Positions 8,442-17,709 of a DNA stretch of 36,559 bases are shown one piece after another. The position numbers and the translations under genes were made by a program. Source of the DNA: a virus (lineage: Duplodnaviria > Caudoviricetes); IMG/VR virus record IMGVR_UViG_3300042510_000426, positions 1 to 36,559 of that record; one strand, given 5' to 3'. Numbering within the stretch: position 1 is the stretch's first letter; each line of letters starts with the position of its first letter. The notes under the pieces are model-generated. The model saw nothing but the letters and a program-made list of their open reading frames with translations, did not search any database and was not told the origin of the DNA.

Positions 8442-9854
8442 ATGGACGACCAGAATATTACCCGCCGGTTTGCGGAAGAGCTTCGCCAGTTCATTGCGGC
8501 GTACAAGGATGATCCCGTTGGGTTCGTGACGGTTGTGCTGGGCGCCACGCCCGACGCCTGGCAGGCGCGCGTCATGCGAGACGTTGCCCGCGGCGAGCGG
8601 CGCATATCGGTGCGCGCCGGCCACGGCGTTGGTAAGTCGGCGTTCTGCGCGTGGCTCTCGATTTGGCACATGGTCTGCCGGTATCCGCAGAAAACGGTGA
8701 TGACGGCGCCCACAGCTGGGCAGCTGTTCGACGCGCTGTTCGTCGAGGTGAAATACTGGATCAACAAGCTGCCCGCGCCGATCCGCGCCCTGTTTGAGAT
8801 GACATCGGAGAAGGTGACGCTGAAAGCCGCGCCGGAGGCGTCATTCATCAGTGCACGGACGAGCAGCGCCGACCGACCGGAGGCTCTCGCCGGCATACAC
8901 AGCGAGTACGTCCTTCTGATCGTTGACGAGGCATCGGCCGTGCCCGAGCCGGTGTTCGAGAGTGCGGCCGGCTCGATGTCGGGCCACTCGGCGGCGACGA
9001 TCCTGATCGGCAACCCGACGCGCAACTCTGGCATGTTTTTCCGCACGCACCATGCTTTGGCGTCGGAGTGGCGCACGTATCATGTGAGTTGCCTCGACAG
9101 CCCCCGCGTGGCGCCTGACTTTGTGAAGCAGATCTCGGACACGTATGGCCCCGACAGCGGCGCGTATCGTGTGCGCGTGCTGGGCGAGTTTGCGTTGCGC
9201 GACGACGACACGCTGATACCGGCGGAGTTGGTTGACAGCGCGATGTCGCGAGACGTGACGATGGACACGAAGGAGCCGTATGTCTACGGCCTCGACGTGG
9301 CGCGTTTCGGCGACGACCGGAGTGTGCTGTGCAAGCGGCGCGGCAACGTGGTGACGGAGTTCCGCGTCTGGCAGGGCTTGGATCTGATGCAGCTGACGGG
9401 TGCCATTGTGAACGAGGCGAAGGTGGACACGCCGGCGGAGATCTGCGTGGACTCGATCGGCCTGGGCTCTGGCGTCGCCGATCGGTTGCGCGAGCTTGGC
9501 TACACGGTTCGCGATGTCAACGTGTCGGAGAGCTCCGCGATGAACCCGACGGCGGCCAAGCTGCGCGACGAGTTGTGGTTGAGCGTGAAGGAGTGGCTGA
9601 ACGCCAGGGCCTGCAAACTACCGAAGCTCCCCGAGCTTAGGCAAGAGTTGGTGGCGCCGACGTACACCTTCACGTCGAGCGGCAAGGTGAAGGTTGAGGG
9701 CAAGCAGGAGATGAAGCGCCGCGGCATGCGATCGCCTGACTTGGCCGACAGTCTTTGCATTTCCTTCGCCAGCCTGGCCTCGCGTGTCGGCGGGAGATCG
9801 CCCCGCTGGGTGCCGGGCAAGGCTTTGAAGCGGGGGATCCGGGGGGTGGTTTAG
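8442..9854 (+). CDS. terL: Terminase large subunit
   Basis: Walker A AGHGVGKS, Walker B LIVDEAS, IGNPT, nuclease GLDVARFGDD, SPDLAD. Confidence 0.95.
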   Translation: MDDQNITRRFAEELRQFIAAYKDDPVGFVTVVLGATPDAWQARVMRDVARGERRISVRAGHGVGKSAFCAWLSIWHMVCRYPQKTVMTAPTAGQLFDALFVEVKYWINKLPAPIRALFEMTSEKVTLKAAPEASFISARTSSADRPEALAGIHSEYVLLIVDEASAVPEPVFESAAGSMSGHSAATILIGNPTRNSGMFFRTHHALASEWRTYHVSCLDSPRVAPDFVKQISDTYGPDSGAYRVRVLGEFALRDDDTLIPAELVDSAMSRDVTMDTKEPYVYGLDVARFGDDRSVLCKRRGNVVTEFRVWQGLDLMQLTGAIVNEAKVDTPAEICVDSIGLGSGVADRLRELGYTVRDVNVSESSAMNPTAAKLRDELWLSVKEWLNARACKLPKLPELRQELVAPTYTFTSSGKVKVEGKQEMKRRGMRSPDLADSLCISFASLASRVGGRSPRWVPGKALKRGIRGVV

Positions 9855-9891
9855 GACGGCGCGCAACAAAATTACGTGAACGGGGTGTATC

Positions 9892-9926
9892 GCGCAATAA
9901 TATTGCGCAGCCAATGCAAATGTGTT
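9892..9926. promoter_or_regulatory. Palindrome GCGCAATA-A-TATTGCGC plus operator-like ATGCAAATGTGTT
   Basis: AT-rich intergenic region between terL and the Gly-rich gene. Confidence 0.55.
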
Positions 9927-9967
9927 ACGGGGATCATAACCCTAAATCCGTTTGAGGTAGCCTCCAT

Positions 9968-10792
9968 ATGTCAGCTAGAGACAGCGCAAGCGGTTCAAGC
10001 ACGTACAAAGGCGGGTCCGGCGGCGCCGGCGGCCTCGGTAATGGCGGCATCGGCGGCGGCGGGGGCGGCGGCTCTCGCGGCGGCGGCGCTGGCTACAATG
10101 CTGGCGCGGGCTCGCGCACCGGCCTGACGACAGGCAATACGACATACGGCAATACGGCCTTCGGGCGCCCCGGCGGCAACGCTGTCGCCTACGGCATGCG
10201 CGATGCGGCCAGCCTCAACCGTGCCGGCATGGGGCCGACGGTCGGATCTTTCGGTAATTTCCGCACGCCCTCGGGCGCCGCGATGTTCGGCAATTCGTCG
10301 GTGCAGGGCCAGTCCTTCTACGGCCGGAACATGGGCCAGGCCTTGAGCCAGGCCAACCGCGCGCAGGCCAGGCAGCCCCAGCAGCAGGTCGGCGGCCTCC
10401 TCGGCGGCGCGCCTCTAGCGGCTGGTGCGCCCTCGTACCCGGCGGTTGAGCAGGAGATGGCTTTGCCGACCAACCAGCCGGGCTTTATGAACAACCCCTT
10501 CATCGACAAGCCGGCCACGCTCCCAGATTACGTGCGGAGCTTGGTGAAGTCATACCAAGACCTCAACGCCCACGGCGACGATGCATGGACCCCCGCGTCC
10601 TCGACCAATCCCCCGATCAAATCAATCCCTGGCTACACGAACCTGGATCGCCAGTTTCGCGCTCACAACTGGAAGAACAACTCGGCCAACTGGCCGACGC
10701 AGGGCGTTCCCGGCACGCGCAGCATGCCGTCCACTAACGGCGGCTACCCGAGCCTTGGCTCGCAGGATACGCGCCCCGCGGGAATGTACTGA
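9968..10792 (+). CDS. Gly/Asn/Gln/Pro-rich low-complexity protein
   Basis: GAGG RBS, 274-aa ORF with GC3 bias between terL and portal. Confidence 0.75.
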   Translation: MSARDSASGSSTYKGGSGGAGGLGNGGIGGGGGGGSRGGGAGYNAGAGSRTGLTTGNTTYGNTAFGRPGGNAVAYGMRDAASLNRAGMGPTVGSFGNFRTPSGAAMFGNSSVQGQSFYGRNMGQALSQANRAQARQPQQQVGGLLGGAPLAAGAPSYPAVEQEMALPTNQPGFMNNPFIDKPATLPDYVRSLVKSYQDLNAHGDDAWTPASSTNPPIKSIPGYTNLDRQFRAHNWKNNSANWPTQGVPGTRSMPSTNGGYPSLGSQDTRPAGMY

Positions 10793-10793
10793 C

Positions 10794-11159
10794 ATGCCCA
10801 ATAAAGCAAACAACGGCATGAGCCAAATCGCCCAGCAGGTTAACTGGGCGCTGAAAAACTCTCGCGGCGGCATGGGCGGCATGGCCGCGATGATGGGCAT
10901 GCCATTCCAGCAGAAGACCGGTGGGCAGTGGATGACGTTCGACCCGCGCAGCCAGAGCATTTACCAGTCGGGCACGACGCCATACCGCGCCGCCAGCCAG
11001 CCCACGACGGGCGGCGAATTGCCCCCGGTTGACCCGACGAAGCCCGCCCCGCTGCCAGGTGACAAGTTCAAGCTGAACCTGATCCCCGAGTGGTGGAAGG
11101 AGTGGTATCGCACTCAAGGCCAGAACGGCGGCGTGCCGCCCGTTGACGGCTTGCTCTGA
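10794..11159 (+). CDS. Low-complexity hypothetical protein ending in GLL
   Basis: ATG immediately after the upstream stop; stop overlaps portal start. Confidence 0.7.
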   Translation: MPNKANNGMSQIAQQVNWALKNSRGGMGGMAAMMGMPFQQKTGGQWMTFDPRSQSIYQSGTTPYRAASQPTTGGELPPVDPTKPAPLPGDKFKLNLIPEWWKEWYRTQGQNGGVPPVDGLL

Positions 11160-13276
11160 TGGCTGAGATCGACGACCTCATCGAGATGGGTCTGGCGGAG
11201 GCGGATGACGCCACCGACGCCGGCGCCATGTCGGAAGAGGCTTTCCAGGGCGCCGTCAAGGCGGCGATCACCGACGCCGAGGACTACATCGACGACGAGA
11301 TCGCCCCCCAGCGCCGACTGGCGACCAAGTTCTACCGCGGTGACAACTTCGGCAACGAGGAGGAGGGCCGCTCCCAGGTTGTGATGACCGAGGTGCGCGA
11401 CACCATCCTCGCCATGATGCCGAGCCTGTTGCGCGTGTTCACGGCCTCCGAGAAGCCGGTCGAGTTCAGCCCGCGCAAGGCCGAGGACGTTCCGATGGCG
11501 GAGCAGGCGACGGACTACGTCTCATTTGTCTTCAACAACGACAACCCCGGCTTCAGCATCATGCATTCGTGGCTGAAGGATGCGCTCACGACCAAGCTAG
11601 GCATCACCAAGTGGTTCACCGCGACGACCTACGACGTGCGCGAGGAGAACTACTCGGGCCTCGACCAGGCGCAGATCAACGTATTGCAGACCGACGGCAC
11701 CGTCTCCTCCCTGGAGGCCGTCCAGACTGGTGAAGGCGAGCCCGACCCGATGACCGGGCTCCCTTCGCCTCTTTTCGATGTCTTCATCCGCCGGCAGATC
11801 GAGCACAAGCGCCAGGTCGTCGAGTGCGTTCCGCCCGAGGAGTTCATCATCGCCCGCAACGCGCGCGACCTCGATAACGCCGACTATGTCGGGCACCGCT
11901 CGCTGAGGACGATGTCGGAGCTCGTCGAGATGGGCTACGACCGCGACGAGATTGAGCAGAACGGCAACACGTCGTCGTCGTTCGACCTGAACACGGAAGC
12001 GCAGACGCGCAATCCCGGCCTTCGTGAGTTCCTCGGCGGGACGAGCGACTCGTCGGACCCCTCCATGCGGCGCTATCTCTACGTCGAAAGCTACATTCGC
12101 ATCGACAAGGACGGCGACGGCGTGGCGGAGCTCCGCCGCGTCTGCACGCTTGGCGAGGCGTCCTACATCCTGCACGACGAGGTCGCCGAGGACGTGCGTT
12201 TCGCCGTGATCTGCCCCGACCCGGAGCCGCACATGGTGATCGGCTCCTCGATCGCCGACCAGGTCATGGATCTGCAGCTGATCAAGTCCAATATCGTCCG
12301 CAACACGCTCGACAGCCTGGCGCAGACGATCCACCCGCGCACCGCCTACGTGGAGGGCGCGGTCAACACCGACGACCTCATGAACGTCGAGACGGGCGGC
12401 CTCGTCCGCGTCACGCAGCCGGGCATGATCCAAGAGCTCGGCAGCACCTTCGTCGGCCAGCAGGCGATGCCGATCCTGGCCTACATTGACGACATCAAGG
12501 CTGCGCGGACCGGCATGTCCAAAGCCTCGCAGGGACTTGATGCAGATGTATTACAGAGCACGACCAAGGCAGCAGTAACGGCGACGATGTCGGCGGCGCA
12601 GGAGCGCCTCGAAATGGTTGCCCGCATCTTCGCCGAGACGGGCGTGCGCCGGCTGTTCCGCGGCCTCCTCAAGGAGATCATCCGCCATCAGGACCGGCCG
12701 CGCGTCGTGCGCCTCCGCAACAGCTGGGTGCCGGTGGATCCGCGCGCCTGGGACGCCGACATGGATGTCGTCGTCAACGTCGGCCTCGGCACCGGCTCGA
12801 TCGAGCAGAAGGTGCAGACGCTGATGGCGGTGCTGGCGCAGCAGAAGGAGATCCTGCAGACGCTGGGGCCGAACAACCCGATCGTGAGCATGAAGCAGAT
12901 GCGCAACACGATCGCGCAGATCCTCGAGCTTCAGGGCGTCAAGGATGCCTCGCGCTACTTCAACGAGATCACGCCCGAGATCGAGCAGCAGATGGCGCAG
13001 CCGCAGCAGCCCGCGCCCGACCCGGCGCAGATCCTCGCCCAAGTCGAGGCTGAGAAGATCAAGAAGGACATCGAGATCGCCGACAAGAAGATGGCGGTCG
13101 AGATCGCCACGCAGAAGGCCTCCGACGACCGCGAGCGCGACAAGATCGAAACCGACTTGTGGCTGAAGGCTTACGAGATGAGCCTCAAGTACGGCGTCGT
13201 CGTCCCGGTCGAGCAGGCCTTTGCCATCATTGATCGCCCGCGTGATCTGGCGCCGCAGCAGATGGGAGTGCAGTGA
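11159..13276 (+). CDS. Portal protein (P22-like podoviral type)
   Basis: 705 aa, EEGRSQVV, AEQATDYV, Gln-rich C-terminal barrel; position after terL. Confidence 0.92.
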   Translation: MAEIDDLIEMGLAEADDATDAGAMSEEAFQGAVKAAITDAEDYIDDEIAPQRRLATKFYRGDNFGNEEEGRSQVVMTEVRDTILAMMPSLLRVFTASEKPVEFSPRKAEDVPMAEQATDYVSFVFNNDNPGFSIMHSWLKDALTTKLGITKWFTATTYDVREENYSGLDQAQINVLQTDGTVSSLEAVQTGEGEPDPMTGLPSPLFDVFIRRQIEHKRQVVECVPPEEFIIARNARDLDNADYVGHRSLRTMSELVEMGYDRDEIEQNGNTSSSFDLNTEAQTRNPGLREFLGGTSDSSDPSMRRYLYVESYIRIDKDGDGVAELRRVCTLGEASYILHDEVAEDVRFAVICPDPEPHMVIGSSIADQVMDLQLIKSNIVRNTLDSLAQTIHPRTAYVEGAVNTDDLMNVETGGLVRVTQPGMIQELGSTFVGQQAMPILAYIDDIKAARTGMSKASQGLDADVLQSTTKAAVTATMSAAQERLEMVARIFAETGVRRLFRGLLKEIIRHQDRPRVVRLRNSWVPVDPRAWDADMDVVVNVGLGTGSIEQKVQTLMAVLAQQKEILQTLGPNNPIVSMKQMRNTIAQILELQGVKDASRYFNEITPEIEQQMAQPQQPAPDPAQILAQVEAEKIKKDIEIADKKMAVEIATQKASDDRERDKIETDLWLKAYEMSLKYGVVVPVEQAFAIIDRPRDLAPQQMGVQ

Positions 13277-14586
13277 TGGCTGCGCCCCGTCCTCTCCCCG
13301 CCACTCCGCCGGGCCTGCTGGATGACGAAGATCCCGGCAAGTGGGACCGCGTCAAGCAGGCGTTGTGGGATACCAACCTAAATGCCCCTATTCGCGGCGT
13401 TTACAACCTGATGAACGCCGACCCTTATACGTTGTACACGGATACGGGCGCAGCAGGGCAGCAGGCGGCAATGGATAGCTTCGACGCAGCAGGCGGCTTC
13501 ACTGTCGGCAGTGCGATGATCCCGAAGCCGTCGAATGCGCTTGCGATGGGCATCAAGGCTTACCACGGCTCACCGCACTCCTTCGACAAGTTCAGCATGG
13601 ACAAGATCGGCACTGGCGAGGGCGCACAGGCTTACGGGCATGGGCTGTATTTCGCTGAACAAGAAGATATTGCGCGGAGCTACCGCGATGCGTTGTCGCC
13701 TAAGAAAGTAGCCATTGGAGGCGAAATGGTTGACAGCCCTACTTTCTTTAAGGCTGCTCGCCGCAGTCCGTCAGTAGACGATAACATTGCGATGCTCATA
13801 AAGCAGCGTGAAAACATTCTAAAAGAACAGTCTCAACACACTGACGACCCTGAGCTTGGGGATTTCGTCAGCGAATTGTATGACCAGCAATTGAAGGACG
13901 TTGACAAGGAACTCGCTGAATTATCGCAATATAAGGGCCAGTGGTTTGGCACTCGCCCCGGCGGCTCCATGTACGAAGTCAACATAGACGCCGATCCTAA
14001 CGCCTTCCTTGATTGGGACAAGCCGCTGAGTGAGCAGCCGGAAACGGTTAAAGGCATGTTAGCTCGTCTTCCCGGTGCGCCGGATCAATCCGTGTGGCCT
14101 TACACGACAGGCAATGATATTTATGAGCAATTGCGAGTGGATGCGATGGGCGATGATGCTTTTATGCAGCCAACGCCCCAAAGGCTTGCTGCACGAAAAG
14201 CTGCCGCACCAGAGGTGAGCAAAGTGCTTGGTGAAGCAGGCATCCCCGGCATCAAGTACCTAGACGCCGGATCACGCTTCACCCCTGCAAACCTTCCAAA
14301 CAACCCGATTGCGAATGAAGCGCGTCAATTCCTTTCGTCTGCAAATGGTGACGCTGACAAGGCGTTGCAGATGTTCCGCGATAGCAAACCGGTTGAGCGT
14401 TGGGCAAGCCCGGAGCGCGACGAAATTACAAAGGTCATCAAGGCCGCTGCTGTTCCGGCAACCCGCAACTATGTCGTCTTCGACGACAGCCTGATCGACA
14501 TCATCAAAAAGTACGGGCTCGCCGGTCTGCTTGGCGGCGGCGCTGCTGCCAACGAGATGATGTCGCAGCCGCAGGAGCAATACTAA
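13276..14586 (+). CDS. ADP-ribosyltransferase-like (polyvalent-protein ART type) protein
   Basis: AYHGSPHSFDKF, IGTGEGAQAYGHGLYFA, GSMYEV, GIPGIKY, NYVVFDD motifs. Confidence 0.7.
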   Translation: MAAPRPLPATPPGLLDDEDPGKWDRVKQALWDTNLNAPIRGVYNLMNADPYTLYTDTGAAGQQAAMDSFDAAGGFTVGSAMIPKPSNALAMGIKAYHGSPHSFDKFSMDKIGTGEGAQAYGHGLYFAEQEDIARSYRDALSPKKVAIGGEMVDSPTFFKAARRSPSVDDNIAMLIKQRENILKEQSQHTDDPELGDFVSELYDQQLKDVDKELAELSQYKGQWFGTRPGGSMYEVNIDADPNAFLDWDKPLSEQPETVKGMLARLPGAPDQSVWPYTTGNDIYEQLRVDAMGDDAFMQPTPQRLAARKAAAPEVSKVLGEAGIPGIKYLDAGSRFTPANLPNNPIANEARQFLSSANGDADKALQMFRDSKPVERWASPERDEITKVIKAAAVPATRNYVVFDDSLIDIIKKYGLAGLLGGGAAANEMMSQPQEQY

Positions 14587-15029
14587 TGGCAGCCCTCACC
14601 AAAATGCAGGCGGCCGGCAAGATGGAAAGCCTGATTGGCGGCATGGACGACGCGGCGGAGGAAGCTCCGACGGCGGCCAAGAACGTCGCCAACCGCGCAA
14701 AGGTCATCAAGAACTGGGCGCTGGGGCCGACCAAGGCCAGCGTCGAGCCAGACGCCAACGGCGAATACTGGCAGCAGATGGCTGACCTGTGGGAGATCGA
14801 CGAGGCGCAGGCCCGTCGCCAGCTGTGCGCCAACTGCGATTACTTCGACAACACGCCCGCCATGCAGGAAAACATGGAGAGCGTCCCGCTCGACAAGTTC
14901 GACCGAGACGGCGGCGGCAGGGGATACTGCGTCAAGTTCGATTTCATCTGCCACAATCTGCGCGTATGCCAGGCGTGGGAAGAGAAGCCGTTCGCTGAAC
15001 CGGAAGACGAAGCAGAGGTGGAAGACTAA
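14586..15029 (+). CDS. Cys-rich metal-binding hypothetical protein
   Basis: CANC...GYCVKFDFICHNLRVCQAW; TAATG coupling on both sides. Confidence 0.75.
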   Translation: MAALTKMQAAGKMESLIGGMDDAAEEAPTAAKNVANRAKVIKNWALGPTKASVEPDANGEYWQQMADLWEIDEAQARRQLCANCDYFDNTPAMQENMESVPLDKFDRDGGGRGYCVKFDFICHNLRVCQAWEEKPFAEPEDEAEVED

Positions 15030-15280
15030 TGCTTACCCCGATCGACATCGCCCGCAAGGCCAAGGAGATGCATGAGGACGCGGTCGTCGCGCACATCTTC
15101 ACATACCTTGAGGGGCGCTACATCTCCGAGTGGCGCAGTGCGTCACCCGCAGACCTTCAGAAGCGCGAAGCTGCCTACGCAGCCATCCGAGCCCTGGAGG
15201 ACATCAAGGTGAAACTTGGCTCGCTGGCAAATTCGCCGAAGGTCGAGGCTCACAACAACCGCAACGCCGTGAGGCGCTAA
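15029..15280 (+). CDS. Small head-region hypothetical protein
   Basis: Coupled start; W....KREAAY pattern seen upstream of scaffold genes in such phages. Confidence 0.75.
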   Translation: MLTPIDIARKAKEMHEDAVVAHIFTYLEGRYISEWRSASPADLQKREAAYAAIRALEDIKVKLGSLANSPKVEAHNNRNAVRR

Positions 15281-15328
15281 GGCTCAACCAATCAAACGTC
15301 GTGACGACGTTGGAAAAGGTAAAGATAG

Positions 15329-16333
15329 ATGACTACCTCCGACACGCCCGCACAGGGCATCGGTTTATCTGAGGCTGCAAGCCAATTCGAGGCCATTCTG
15401 TCCGGTGATACCGGGAAGCAGACGCCCGAAAGGCACGCGGCTGACGAAAGCCCGGCCGACGATCAGGCCGAGGCGCTTGACGCTTCCGAAACAGAGGATG
15501 AGACGCTCGCCGATGAGGCTAGTGCCGACGATGAGGAAGCAACGGCTAATGACGAGGACGCCGACGAGGCATCCGATCCGCAGGACCAGCTGGTCACCGT
15601 TGTAATCGACGGCAAAGAGCAGCAGATCCCGCTGAAGGAAGCAGTCGCAGGCTACCAGCGGCAAGCCGATTATAGTCGCAAGACGATGGCCGTCTCCGAA
15701 ATGCGCAAGCAGGTCGAAGCCGAGGCCAATCAGATCCAGCAGGAGCGTGCGCAGTACGCCCAACTCCTTGGTGCCTTGCAGCAGCAGCTGCAGGAGACAG
15801 TCCAGCGCGAGCCGGACTGGGAGAGGCTCTACGCCGAAGATCCGCTGGAGTACGTCCGACAGAAAGACCTCTACCGCGAGAACCAGGAACGGTTCCAGGC
15901 GGCAACAGCCGAGCAGCAGCGTGTGATGAGCATGATGCAGCAGAGCCAGGTGCAGCAGCTGAAGGAGGTCGTGAAGCAGGGCAGGGAACAACTCTCCGAC
16001 AAAATTCCGGCGTGGAAGGACACAGCCCGCTGGGAGCAGGACCGAGTGAAGCTGCGCAGTTACGCGCAGAAGGAGCTCGGCTACGGCGAGGAAGAGGTTT
16101 CCCAGGTCTATGACCCGCGCGCCGTCGTCGCTTTGTACAAGGCGATGCGGTTCGACGAGATCATGGCAAAGCGCCCGGCGCCGAATGCGCAGACCGGCCC
16201 CAAGCCGATGCGCGCCGGCTCACCGCAGACTGCACCAGCACGTCGGACTTCTGAGATCACGCGACAAAAACAGCGTCTCGCTCAAACCGGCAGCGTCAAG
16301 GACGCCGCCAAACTTTTTGAAAGCCTGATCTAG
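15329..16333 (+). CDS. Capsid scaffolding protein
   Basis: Acidic N-terminus, V.IDGKE, GYQRQADYSRKT, coiled coil, TGSVKDAA C-terminus; precedes capsid gene. Confidence 0.88.
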   Translation: MTTSDTPAQGIGLSEAASQFEAILSGDTGKQTPERHAADESPADDQAEALDASETEDETLADEASADDEEATANDEDADEASDPQDQLVTVVIDGKEQQIPLKEAVAGYQRQADYSRKTMAVSEMRKQVEAEANQIQQERAQYAQLLGALQQQLQETVQREPDWERLYAEDPLEYVRQKDLYRENQERFQAATAEQQRVMSMMQQSQVQQLKEVVKQGREQLSDKIPAWKDTARWEQDRVKLRSYAQKELGYGEEEVSQVYDPRAVVALYKAMRFDEIMAKRPAPNAQTGPKPMRAGSPQTAPARRTSEITRQKQRLAQTGSVKDAAKLFESLI

Positions 16334-16344
16334 GAGAAATAGTC

Positions 16345-17325
16345 ATGGCACAGCCCACTAATCTGTTCGACCGCTACGACGGCACGAAGGCCGTCCGCGA
16401 AGACCTCGCAAATATCATCTATTCGATTTCACCTGAAGATACTCCGTTCATGTCATCCATTGGGCGCGAGAACGTGTCCAACACCTACTACGAGTGGCAG
16501 ACTGACGCTTTGGCGGCGGCTAGCACGACGAACCAGGCCATCGAAGGCGACGAGGCCACTCTCGACGCCCGCGTAGCCACGACGCGCGTCGGCAACTACA
16601 CGCAGATCAGCCGCAAGGTGATCGGTGTTTCTGGCACCGTAGAAGCCGTGGACAAGGCAGGAATGCGTTCATATTTGGCCTATGAGATGGCTAAAGCAAG
16701 CTCGGAATTACGCAGGGACATGGAGACTTCTCTCCTGTTCAACCAGGCTGCCGCTGTCGGCTCTGCCTCGGTTGCTCGCAAGACCGCCGGCCTGCCGGCT
16801 TGGCTGCGCGAGAACGTGAACAAGGCGTCGGACGGTGGCAACCCAACCATGTCGTCCACCAACGACGGCTACCCGAACGCTGGTCGCACGGACGGCACGC
16901 AGCGCGCCTTCACCGAAACCATGCTGAAGGATGTCATCCAGCAGGTGTGGGCTGAAGGTGGCGACCCGAAGGTCTGCATGATGGGACCGTACAACAAGAC
17001 GGTCGCTTCCGGCTTCGCCGGCATTGCCGCCAATCGTGTGAACCAGACCGCGGGCGCCCCCAAGGCGTTCTCGATCGTCGCAACCGCTGACGTGTATCTC
17101 AGCGATTTCGGAAAGGTCGCGTTTGTGGCTAACCGCTTCCAGCGCGAGCGCGACGTGTTCGTCGTGGACCCGGAGTATGCGTCGGTTGCCTTCCTGCGCA
17201 ACTTCCAGACCAAGGAACTCAGCGCCACGGGCGACTCGACCAAGAAAATGCTTCTCGTCGAGTACGGCCTCAAGGTGAAGACCGAGAAGGCTCACGGCAT
17301 CATCGCCGACCTGACGACTTCGTAA
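16345..17325 (+). CDS. Major capsid protein (DUF5309-like HK97 fold)
   Basis: REDL..IISPEDTPF, EWQTD.L, NYTQI, DVYLSDFG, GDS.KKML.EYGL; AGGAG RBS. Confidence 0.92.
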   Translation: MAQPTNLFDRYDGTKAVREDLANIIYSISPEDTPFMSSIGRENVSNTYYEWQTDALAAASTTNQAIEGDEATLDARVATTRVGNYTQISRKVIGVSGTVEAVDKAGMRSYLAYEMAKASSELRRDMETSLLFNQAAAVGSASVARKTAGLPAWLRENVNKASDGGNPTMSSTNDGYPNAGRTDGTQRAFTETMLKDVIQQVWAEGGDPKVCMMGPYNKTVASGFAGIAANRVNQTAGAPKAFSIVATADVYLSDFGKVAFVANRFQRERDVFVVDPEYASVAFLRNFQTKELSATGDSTKKMLLVEYGLKVKTEKAHGIIADLTTS

Positions 17326-17334
17326 CGACGACGG

Positions 17335-17356
17335 GGGAGGGTGGAAACGCCCTCCC
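17335..17356 (+). terminator. 9-bp stem with GAAA tetraloop after capsid gene
   Basis: GGGAGGGTG-GAAA-CGCCCTCCC; no U-tract. Confidence 0.5.
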
Positions 17357-17406
17357 TACCTACCACTGCCGTGATGGCGGTTATTGTCCAGTAATGGAGT
17401 TATTCG

Positions 17407-17709
17407 TTGAAGCTACCCTTCTCATACGACCCGGTACTCGGGATCAAGCGGACGTTCCACGGCAGTGAGGACGGCAACACGTTTGTCATCCAGACGGAGC
17501 AGGACACGACCGGCATCGTCGAGGCGAACAAGGCCGCCTACAATGACGCGCCGGATCGCTGGGGCGACATGACCAGGGTCGCGTCGATCCCGCTGTCGCT
17601 GTACTTCGACCTGAAGAAGAAGGGGATTGCGGACGATCCTGTCGCCATGAAGCGGTGGCTCAATGATAGCGAAAATAGGTTTTTTAGAACACGCGGGGGC
17701 AACGTTTAA
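17407..17709 (+). CDS. Hypothetical virion-region protein
   Basis: GGAG RBS with TTG start; VASIP...WLND..NRFFRT pattern. Confidence 0.75.
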   Translation: MKLPFSYDPVLGIKRTFHGSEDGNTFVIQTEQDTTGIVEANKAAYNDAPDRWGDMTRVASIPLSLYFDLKKKGIADDPVAMKRWLNDSENRFFRTRGGNV

